From Paraspadella gotoi (lineage: Eukaryota > Animalia > Chaetognatha): a DNA stretch of 8,639 nt. A model generated the notes under the pieces. That model was not told where the DNA came from. It saw only the letters and a list, made by a program, of their open reading frames with translations, and did no database searches. Of this stretch, positions 1-8,639 are shown in pieces. Location of the stretch: positions 1 to 8,639 of the forward strand of contig JBJCIZ010001159.1 in assembly GCA_051294375.1 (NCBI GenBank), read 5' to 3'. Made by a program: the position numbers and the translations under genes. Each line of letters starts with the position of its first letter. Positions within the stretch are counted from its first letter, which is position 1.

Positions 1-480
1 CGTTTCACATTACGATACCGGGTGTCAATATTTAAAAACAATTTTGTGCATTTTAAAACAGCCATACTGTTGACATATCCTTATGATATNNNNNNNNNNN
101 NNNNNNNNNNNNNNNNNNNNNNNNNNNNNNNNNNNNNNNNNNNNNNNNNNNNNTTGTTTCGGGCACTCTGCACCTGGACCCAGGGGAAAGGGAGTCGGCG
201 TCGCCGTTCTCTCACGGCCAGCGGACGGCGAAAAGGAGTCGTCGTCGTATTTCCTTCCAGACTGCAACTGCCGCTGCTGCTTTCGATCCAGAAAGAGAGA
301 CGTAACTNNNNNNNNNNNCGTTGCTCGTCGGCTGCAGCTGTCGCCAATGCTGCTTTCCTTTCAGGCGAAGAGAAAGAGATCAAAGACGCTGCTTCTGCTG
401 CTGCGGAGAGAGATTGAGTTTCCTTTTTCTGTCGCTCGATGAATCGGTCCGGTCGGTCTCTCAGACTTTTCTGGAACGCT
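1..480 (-). CDS. Partial 5' portion of a tandem paralog of the large minus-strand gene, running off the left edge
   Basis: Homologous to 7410-8034. Both copies give matching minus-strand peptides in the ORF track: KAALATA(S)AAD, SFWIESSS, DD(S/F)FSP, and PFPLGPGAECP versus PLFPGQGPEMP. Confidence 0.4.
1..480 (+). repeat. Diverged direct repeat, copy A (partner at 7410-8034)
   Basis: 1-89 aligns with ~7410-7504 (cgtttcacat...gccatact...tccttatgatat). There is an identical 26-mer gctgctgctttcgatccagaaagaga at 273-298 and 7727-7752, and an identical 22-mer gctgtcgccaatgctgctttcc at 337-358 and 7795-7816. Similarity is weaker at ~445-480 versus ~7995-8034. Confidence 0.92.
90..153. other. Assembly gap or masked bases (other N runs at 308-318, 8035-8059, 8256-8272, 8372-8395, 8531-8540)
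   Basis: N runs in the sequence. Confidence 0.99.
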
Positions 481-833
481 TACGTCCTTTCCATTTGTAA
501 AAAAAACCTTTACAGATTTAATAAGCTGAGATGCGTAATAACCTTATGCTATGGGATAGTCCGATACTGCTTCTTTTTTCTTCTTGCGATAATAAATCCT
601 ATCTTTTTTTCTTAGGCACTGCCTAATTTTTCGAAAGCTTTGATTTTTTTTTTGAACGGGCGTCCTAGACTGTTCCAATCCACTCAAATGTTTCAGTTCA
701 ACCCTAGCTGTCTGCTGTCCCTGGCCGTTCTCCATCAACGAGTTGCTTCGGTATTTCTTCACCTGTGAACTTTTCTTCGCCTTAATTGACGCGCAAGGTC
801 GCCCTTAACCGAACTGCGTTACCCTCCCTGGGC

Positions 834-1135
834 CTTTCCTTTTTTCTTCTTCCTTTTTTCTCCTTTTTTCTTGCTTACCTTTTTTCTTCTCAGCTTTTTT
901 CTTCTTCCTTTTTCTCCTTTTTTCTTCTTCCTTTTTCTCCTTTTTTCTGTCTTTCCTTTTTTCTCCTTTTTTCTTCTTCCTTTTTTGCTCCATTTTTTCC
1001 TTCTTCACTTTTTCTCCTTTTTTCTTCTTCCTTTTTTCTCCTTTTTTCTTCTTCCGGGCTTTTTTCTCATTTTTTCTTCCTCCTCTTTTTCCTTCCATTC
1101 TTTTTCGTTGGTAGCTTTTTTCCTTGATTCCTGTC
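834..1135. repeat. Polypyrimidine/polypurine minisatellite with a ~24-bp unit (TTTTTTCTCCTTTTTTCTTCTTCC)
   Basis: The + strand is almost purely C/T. The unit is clearly iterated about 6-7 times in ~895-1055, with homopolymer-length wobble and degenerate flanks. Confidence 0.9.
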
Positions 1136-1177
1136 ATTTTTCAACCTATTTCTTTCACCTTTTTCTCTTCCTTATAA

Positions 1178-1179
<2 letters not shown>

Positions 1180-1224
<45 letters not shown>

Positions 1225-1250
1225 CGAATAATAATAATAATAATAATAAT
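1180..1250. repeat. (AAT)n microsatellite: (AAT)15 CG (AAT)8
   Basis: Read directly from the sequence. Confidence 0.98.
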
Positions 1251-1494
1251 AGAATAAATAATTCTTTCATTTTCATTTTCTTATTCTTTTATTATTTCCA
1301 TGGTCTCTTTTCCTTTATCGCTGTCGTCTTTAATTTACTGAACGTCCTGTAATAACTGACGAATTCTATTTAGCCTAAATATATTAATAAGTAGGAATTG
1401 AGTATTGCACTATATTATATTAATTAAAGGTAAACAAAAGAATTATAAACGGAGGAGAATAAAATTGTTACTCGGTCCAAAATCCGCACAGAAA

Positions 1495-1635
1495 CCTTGG
1501 AAAAAAAAAAGAAAAAAATTTAACAAAACAAAGGCCGCCCCGAATTTTTTCGGAAAAAAAAAAAAAACCCCCAAAAAAAAAAAAAAGCCAATTTTTGTTT
1601 TTTTTTTTTTTTTACCAAAAATTTTTCCCCGGCGA
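1495..1635. other. Homopolymer-inflated low-quality sequence
   Basis: Consecutive long A, C and T runs (e.g. ~A15 C5 A14 ... T15) typical of a poor long-read segment. Confidence 0.6.
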
Positions 1636-2039
1636 AGGTTATTTGTAAAACTAGAACCGAAGATTTTTGTAATAATACTTTAATATTCTGAACATCGTGG
1701 ACACGCATCCGCTAAAATATAATTAATTCAATTAAGTGAATTTATTTATTAGTCAAAAGTAAAAACAAAATTGAGGGCCCAGAAAACAAAGTAAGTTAGT
1801 GACATAAGTAAAAGGCAATGGCAAAAAGCAGATGCAACAAATAATTAGGAGTAAAGTAAATCGGAATAAAATGCGTAAATAAGTCACAAATACTAAAAAA
1901 AAAAGAGAACGGCGTCATAAAAGGAATAAAAGAGAACGATCTTTGGAAATTCAAAAGTAAAATACAGTATTGATAAAACAATCAAGTCAAAACGCAATAT
2001 TTGGCAAACTAAAACGTGAACTAAAAAATAAAACTGTTT

Positions 2040-5000
2040 TCATATTTCCTTGGCAACCTGTCGCTCACATCTGACGGACGTACGTAACGCCATTGCTAGC
2101 TTTGAAACTGGATCTGGAATTCGTTTAGACTGCTAGCTTAATAGCTGTCTAAATAACTTGAATATTTTTTTTTAATAACAAACTTTTGCTTCTAATCAAT
2201 CCGAACAGCTAGATTTACGGAACATCGGGATGCATCTTGTTGTCGTTCGGCCGACTTATCCTTAACCTTAAGAAATAATTAAGTTGAGTGGAGATTGAAT
2301 TGATGCAATTAGAAATATCAATAAATAATAATAAGTGGGTTGAGATATTGAAATGATCGAATCAAATGTATCAATAAAGTTTCAAATAAGAATAAGTAAT
2401 TGATAATAATCTATGTCCATAAATTTGAATTAACTGTTTACCGGTTGTTGCTAAGATACAAAGTTTAAACGGAAAATCAGTCCTGCAGTCTGCTGTGGTG
2501 TACATCGGATTTCAGCCGTAATCGTGGATTAAGATTCTTTGACGTGCATGAATCATGCACAAATAGGAATGCATTTAATTTTGTACTGTGAATCTAATAG
2601 ACACTAACAAATTAATTTTTAATTTTAATTAAATTAAGTTAACTTTGCATTCCGCATGTAAAGTAGTGTCACATAAATAACGTTGATTCAAATCGTCTAA
2701 ATGTGGACCCTCTTCTCGTAACTTTGACCTTTTTGACCTTTGGTCACCAAGGAAGTCAGTGCTGCCTGTTATTAAGATGTGTTCGGGTCTCCTCACTATG
2801 AAGTGAAATGTTTGCAAGTGTCCATAATCGATTGCAAGATTCTGGTATAGACGTAATTAAAGCATTTTTTTTCAAAAATTTTAAACATGTACAACTCCAG
2901 TCCTGTCCCTCTTTCCAAAAAAATGCATAAAAATCTCGTTATTTTAATTATTATCCTGAAATGTAAACTACATTTCTTATCCATTCCCATAATGGAAATT
3001 TTAAACTTAGGTTCTTTTTTACTATTTCACCTACCCGTTTTCTTTTCTTTTACAAAGAACAAGGCAACAAAAGAACGCGTGCAAGGCGTGAAGAGTAATG
3101 TATGAACAAAAGCAAGCGTGAGGATGTGGCAGGACTACAGAAAAGCACAACAAACAATTGCAAAACAAATATTTTTTATCATCTTCATCATTTCTCTTTA
3201 CTATTTAAGAATATTTTCAAAAAAACAGGTTTTGTTGTATCAGTCGAGAAAACATTAGTTCTTAAGTATATATACTAAAAAGTTAGATTCATAGAAACAT
3301 TAGAAGAGGAAAGTAATACGCAGTCAGAGGCATAACTCATGCACACATGGTACCATCACAACATTCAGCAACTAAATCAGCAGTGGGTATAATTTTCTCA
3401 TGGCTAAAAGTATTTTCAATAACTTAGTATTAAAACATCATTTATATTGAAACGAGATATTTAATATTTAAAATATTCTCGCATATAACTGTTTAAGAAA
3501 CTCGAAAATATGATATTATAAAAATGGATGCTCTATAGCATAAACAATATAAATATACTTGTTTATTTCTACTTAAAAGAGAGACGAACTTGTGTTATAG
3601 TTAAATAAAATATCCAAGTGAAACTCTTTTTTATACGTGATAACCATAGCTGGATCCTGTACCCAGCCATTTATTTTGTAAATGTAATGGAGAGACGCAA
3701 ATTGCAATTTGTAAGTTTCAAAAACAAATTTAACAGTTGCTATCATACAAACTGTGGTTTGGTAGTTGCTAACTTGCCATTGTTGTCGACATACTTGTCG
3801 GTAAGTAAGGTATTTAACCTTTGTGGCGGGCCATTTAAGCGCCATTGGGCTCACACATTTGGTGAGCTTGTAGTCCGCTATCTTGCGGCAAAGCTTCGCG
3901 GTCTGTCATTTTAGCGATCCTAGAGCTTGTTGAGATTCCTTAAAGAGCAAAACAAACAAAAGAAATGTCGCTTATTATTCAAGTAAAATGAAAATTGAAT
4001 TGACGGGCGTAAAAATTTTTTTTTCTAATGCATGTAATCAACTGCCACTACCGGGCGCGCTCTCGCAAAAATTTTCATTTTTTCGTCAGGTGAGATGTTA
4101 ATCACTGGTTATCTCAACTTTCACTCCAAAGCAGCTGAGAACTGATTACAAACAATGTTTTCTTCTGTCTCACATATTTTCTGTCGCACGCACTGCACAA
4201 TCGCAAATACGCAATGGGATTTGAAGTGTTTAAAGAAACTTTGGCTTACTTCTTCCGGCAGAAAGCACTTCCACATGGAAAAGACAACATTCTCTTGTAA
4301 AAAATAATCACACACTCATGATGTAACAGGTGCAAGCGTGCTGCCCGGCTCCTGAGGATCCTTGGCAGCGGGCCCAAAGATCATAGGAGAGGAATCTGGG
4401 GGCGGGCCCACATGGAAGCATGCTAGAGGAACAACGCGCTTTAAGGGTTTACTTGATATTTATAGTTAATACGAATGTGACATCGCTGATTTGAATCCTT
4501 GAATCATTCTAGTGGTATACAGGCGTATATTTATTTATGCAGGCCATTCGTTTAAAACGTGGTGCTTGAGCATATCAGTGACGCATAATTTCATGAGTGT
4601 TTGCATAGAGATATTCCATCCAGGTAGCCCTTATCTAACCCAGTAACAGTAGTGTGTCTGGTGGACTCCTTTTCTTTCACAAAAAATTCTATATAAACGT
4701 TTTGGACGTTGTATTTGAAGCAAAGTTAAATGTCTTAACAATAGTAAGATCAGTTGAGTCTAAGCAGAAGACTTTCATATTTATCAGGTATGTAGACGGG
4801 TGCATCAACACCATTTCCTCCTTTTACTATGGGAGGGAGAAGTCGACTGTCAAAAGCTTTAATTTTGGCCAGATATGGGTCTTGGAGTTCGCAAGGGAGA
4901 ATGAATACCGCTTGTAATCATCATTTCATCTCCAAAAACAGAAATAGCCGCGGAGTAATTCATCAGAAAGAGACTATTTTGTGCTCTTCGTTTTCAGATA

Positions 5001-8000
5001 ACATCATTAGAATGCAGAATCAAAATCATTTTCAGAGTCAGAATTACGTTTTCGTTTACTTCCTTTTTTGTATGGGGACTTCTAATCCAGTTTAATAGAA
5101 ATGTAATAAGTGCACAGCAACAGTGGCAATGCGCATCATCTGTCTGTTCGTCAACCGTAAACCATGAGCAAGGGCTGCATTTCATACGTTTACATATATA
5201 TGCTCCCGTGAGATTACGTCTAGTTAGACGCCCGATTTTTTATCCCGCGGAGAAACAGCGGGGGTAAGGATCAAAGCCCAACATTGCGTTCATACATGTT
5301 GATCTTGCCCAGTAATAGTGAGTACGTGATTGGCTTTGTTTCGCGCAAACAGATTTTCTCTTCAGGGGGAGATGAACTTATTTCTTTATTTTTAAGTTTA
5401 GCCAAGGGCCCCTTTTTTCCTCCCATCAAAGTTTAGGTTCATTGCTCCTCGCCTTTTGTCACTTGAAGAAAGAGACTTCGAGGTGGAACAATATCACCAT
5501 GTGAGTTATAAAAAGACGATGTCGCAGAAAGACATTCCCGTCCTATTGGCGAACTGTTCCGGCGCAATGCGTATGAAGTGCAAGCTGACCGAGTAAGTTG
5601 GTGCAGGCTGGCATTGTTGAAGAAAAGACCGGGAAAAACGGCAGTGATATGCAAAATCTTGAATATAAGCTATAGCGTGTTAGCAGGCTCGCTCACTAGC
5701 AAATGTCCAATAACTAACCCAGTATGGAAACTATATTGGCTTGTCCCATACAAGGACATGTACAAGACTGCCGAGCCAAGTAAGTGACGAAAATGTGTCT
5801 TCCAACCAAGGAAGAACAACTCCCAATGGGGGGCGGCATAAGAAGTCGGTTTTATCCACTCAGTAAAATTATCAATAAGCGATGTAGGGTCTTTTCTTCC
5901 TCATCGCCTTATTAGAAGCGGACGTACTCTTGGCCATCTGACTTAATGGCATGACCACTTCTCTGCAATTTTACTTTAATATCCTACGCAAATGTTTCCA
6001 CACAATGATTTTAAACCATCTATACTGCCAATTGTCTATGGGTGGATATAGAGGTCAACCCAATGAGCGTAGTTTTGGGTGTGAAGGAAAGCGATGGACA
6101 GTTATGTTTCATCTTTCATCTGGTGGTCAACAGTCAGGTCCAAAATATTCCTGTGAAAATTCAAATAAATTTTTATTTCCAAAATTTAAGAGGTCCAAAA
6201 CCCGCTTAAGTTCTTTTCCAGATCCTCCCATTCCAGACTCCTGCCAAACTTCTCCTTTACAGGCCTCCCATTTATCCTGCTTACACATGCGCCTGTTTCT
6301 CTCTTATATTTTCTTTCTTCACAATCAACAGAGCACTCCAAGTCCAATTCATCGACAGCTTTGAGCGGCGTAAGGAAATTGTTGAATAGTTGACAAACAA
6401 GTCCCTCTTAAAGTTTCAGAAAAACAAAAAGGTTGGGATAGCGACCAAGTGTTTAATACAAATAAATTATTAGTTATTTCCAACTTTTATTATTTATTAG
6501 TTTATTTAATAGTAGATTAATTCATTTCTAAACTAATCAATGATAAATATAGATATTTATGTACTTAAATTAAACATTGGAGATGCCTTCAATTATAATC
6601 AATAAAGGTCAACACTTACTCTTAACTAGTTCAAGTATAACAGTTAATAAATTTAAATTGAACAGTCAACTTCAGTTAACTTTTTATATAAACTGTAAAA
6701 AGTTTTAAGATATAATTTTTTTTAGTTTATTTGTATGTACTAATATTAGTCATCTTTACTTTTCACCATCTTCCAAAAATCACATTTTATCTTAAAATTT
6801 GCCAAATCCATATGTATTCACCAAATATCTAATGATACGCTCCATCTTATTTTAAGAATTGAAGTAAAACACAATTTCACAGTTTCCCCTGTATCCATTA
6901 AGGCGGATCAAAATCTGATTACCTGTCTTTTCAATAGAAATAAAATATAAATTCAAGTTGTTCAATAGAACTAATCTATTAATACCTTCTTTTATAAAAG
7001 CCATAGTAAGCTTCATCAAATTTAAATCCAAAAAGAATTATTATATAAAAGAATTTACTATGCAAAGATAACAGTTAATCATTAGTTTTTTATGCTCTTA
7101 TTCAAGAAACTGTTTTAACAATTAACATTAGGTATAATGTTAAGATCATTTGTTTCTTATTCAAGAACCATAGATAAAATATAGTATAATTTAGCCATTT
7201 CTTATAGATAATGATTTTAATGATAAAGTACATTAGTATCTTTAAACCATTGTTTTTAAACCTAACTACAACTTAGTGAAGCAAAGGCTTAAAATAATGT
7301 TGTCAAAATATCGTCTAACTCAAAACTTCATCCTGTTCTAAAGTCCATATTAGTATTACACTTATAACCATATCTAATGCCCTCAAAATGTTACCAGTCA
7401 CTTACCATACGTTTCACATGTACATACCGGGTGGTCAAAATATTTAAAAACATTTATTGTCATTTTAAAACAGGCCATACTATGATTAGTAATCCTTATG
7501 ATATTATGCAGTTATCAATGATATGTCAACGATTAAGGTAAAGTCATTAACATTTAAAGGTTCAATCATAAAATCTTCTAGGGGCATCTCTGGCCCCTGT
7601 CCAGGGAACAAGGGGTCGGACGTTTGCGATGCGCCCGCCGTGCTACGTCGCTTTCTCACGATCGGCGAAAAGAAGTCGTCATGCGAATATTTCCTTTCCA
7701 GACGTGTGATTCGGACTGGAGCTGCTGCTGCTGCTTTCGATCCAGAAAGAGAACGTAATTTTCCTTTTGACGGCTTGCTCGGTCGGCTGCAGATGCTGTC
7801 GCCAATGCTGCTTTCCCCTTCCACTGAAGAGAGAGAGATGGAGAGAGAAAAGCGCTGAGTCTGCTGGCTGCGTCCCCATGCACAGCAAATTCGTCGATTC
7901 CTCTGCCGCTGCTGCAGAGCGTGGCCCAGCACGAGTGTTCCGTGTGAGCCTGGGAAAGCCGAATCTTAGGGTGGTCGGCGAAAGACCCGGCTGTCGTCGG

Positions 8001-8209
8001 CCCGGGTCGGGTTGACCGACTTTTTCCCAGACGCNNNNNNNNNNNNNNNNNNNNNNNNNACGTAGAAGGACGACGCGTTTCAAGCCCGTGAGAAACTTGT
8101 GCGAGAACGAAAGGACCCGGCCTCGTGAGGAGTTGAGGAGATGAGATCCGCGTGACCACCATGAGGAGGCCAGGTGGTGGGAGAAGACGAAAGTTTTCTT
8201 TGTTATCAT
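2040..8209 (-). CDS. Putative very large uncharacterised protein gene, heavily frameshifted (sequencing error or pseudogenisation), with multiple C-terminal RING-like motifs; boundaries approximate
   Basis: Manual minus-strand translation gives successive protein-like blocks that switch frame: AVDELDLECSVDCEERKYKRETGACVSRINGRPVKEKFGRSLEWEDLEKNL (~6359-6205); DPTSLIDNFTEWIKPTSYAAPHWELFFLGWKTHFRHLLGSAVLYMSLYG (~5891-5745); NAALAHGLRLTNRQMMRIATVAVHLLHFY (~5181-5095); QDPYLAKIKAFDSRLLPPIVKGGNGVDAPVYIPDKYESLL (~4884-4765); ATWMEYLYANTHEIMR (~4628-4581); RDFYAFFWKEGQDWSCTCLKFLKKNALITSIPESCNRLWTLANISLHSEETR (~2938-2783); KRIPDPVSKLAMALRTSVRCERQVAKEI-stop (2126-2040). Candidate ATGs are at 8209 or 8162. 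That these blocks form one ORF is an inference, and the true frame in each block is uncertain. Confidence 0.45.
3320..3362 (-). other. RING-HC core motif 3 (C-x-H-x2-C-x2-C)
   Basis: gtt gtg atg gta cca tgt gtg cat gag tta tgc [c] tct gac tgc = VVMVPCVHELCSDC after removing one extra C. This matches the canonical C3HC4 central signature. Confidence 0.5.
3947..3967 (-). other. RING-like core motif 2 (H-x2-C-x2-C)
   Basis: cat ttc ttt tgt ttg ttt tgc = HFFCLFC, within YLNNKRHFFCLFCSLRNLNKL. Confidence 0.35.
4186..4320 (-). other. Degenerate RING-like Cys motif 1
   Basis: A single minus frame reads HECVIIFYKRMLSFPCGSAFCRKK*AKVSLNTSNPIAYLRLCSAC. PCGSAFC resembles the RING-HC core PCGHxFCxxC and is followed by a terminal CxxC (CSAC, 4197-4186). 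It contains one in-frame stop and lacks several ligands. Confidence 0.35.
7410..8034 (+). repeat. Diverged direct repeat, copy B (partner at 1-480)
   Basis: Same alignment blocks as copy A. Copy B is longer, with multi-base insertions around 7625-7650, 7703-7725 and 7860-7990. Confidence 0.9.
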
Positions 8210-8272
8210 TTTGTAAAAATTGAGTTCTTTGGCGTCGGTATTTGATAGTTGATAGNNNNNNNNNNNNNNNNN

Positions 8273-8443
8273 GAGAGTTGAGAGTTGAGAATCAAGGGTT
8301 GAGAGTAGAGAGTTGAGAGTCGAAAATCGTTTTTACTTGTATTTTAAAGTCGAGAATAGAGATTTGAGATTNNNNNNNNNNNNNNNNNNNNNNNNGATTT
8401 GAGATTTGAGATTTGAGATATAAGATTTGAGATTTAAGATTTG
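8273..8443. repeat. Heptamer tandem repeats: (GAGAGTT)n, then (GAGATTT)n
   Basis: gagagttgagagttgaga... at 8273-8320 and gagatttgagatttgaga... at 8359-8443. Flanked or interrupted by N gaps at 8256-8272 and 8372-8395. Confidence 0.88.
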
Positions 8444-8639
8444 GTGAAGACGAAAAGTTCATTTTGGTTAAGTTTAGCTCTATCCTTTTTTTTTCTTTCT
8501 TTCGTTGTCGTTGTCTTCAAAAGATTCCATNNNNNNNNNNTTTTTGTTTGAAAAAAGAGTCCCAACATCTTGCAGGGTTCGATTTTCGTGTTACTACACT
8601 TGAAAAGCGTGAGCTTCTTTCCACAGAATCACGAAATCA

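Noticed and set aside
786-1257. Plus-strand F/L/S-rich ORFs (786-1127, 871-1257) as membrane proteins
   Set aside because: They are by-products of the CT minisatellite and the AAT microsatellite.
1405-1708. Lys/Phe-rich ORFs on both strands
   Set aside because: They derive from homopolymer-inflated low-quality sequence.
2725-2746. Nuclear-receptor response element (TGACCT-3-TGACCT, then TGGTCA)
   Set aside because: Short motif inside putative coding sequence with no promoter context; it cannot be supported.
3939-4249. Minus-strand intron (GTAAGC ... pyrimidine tract AAG)
   Set aside because: The interval itself encodes the CSAC and HFFCLFC motifs, and the 'pyrimidine tract' is the HFFCLFC codons. 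A coding reading is preferred but not proven.
5460-5790. Plus-strand MULE/SWIM or chromodomain-like peptide (FEVEQ..., YKDMYKTA)
   Set aside because: No CxCx(n)CxH or chromodomain aromatic pattern was recoverable. The minus strand gives longer coherent peptides.
1-8034. The two direct repeats as LTRs of a ~8 kb retrotransposon
   Set aside because: No TG...CA ends, PBS or PPT were identified, and no gag, protease, RT (YxDD) or integrase motifs lie between them. The repeats look coding and differ by sizeable indels.
8359-8443. Telomeric repeat array
   Set aside because: GAGATTT matches neither TTTAGGG, TTAGGG nor TTAGG, and the tract is short and degenerate.
1-8639. CRISPR array, tRNA/rRNA genes, prokaryotic operon
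   Set aside because: No regularly spaced repeat-spacer pattern, no recognisable structural RNA, and no dense intact ORFs with ribosome-binding sites.

Overview
Eukaryotic-looking, microsatellite-rich sequence of low consensus quality: six N gaps, many single-base indels and one homopolymer-inflated stretch. No clean prokaryotic gene, RNA gene, CRISPR array or recognisable transposase/RT is visible. Translating the minus strand by hand across frameshifts suggests one very long, apparently intron-poor reading frame from about 8.2 kb down to about 2.04 kb (roughly 2,000 aa if intact). Its C-terminal third carries a series of RING-like Cys/His motifs. Bases 1-480 are a diverged copy of 7410-8034, so the window seems to span one ~7.4 kb unit of a head-to-tail tandem gene pair. 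The left paralog has a different upstream region containing a 24-bp minisatellite that could encode (EEEKRRKK)n, next to an (AAT)n microsatellite. I could not assign the protein to a known family. An endogenous large-DNA-virus (e.g. nimavirus-like) multi-RING E3-ligase gene family is my leading but unverified hypothesis.
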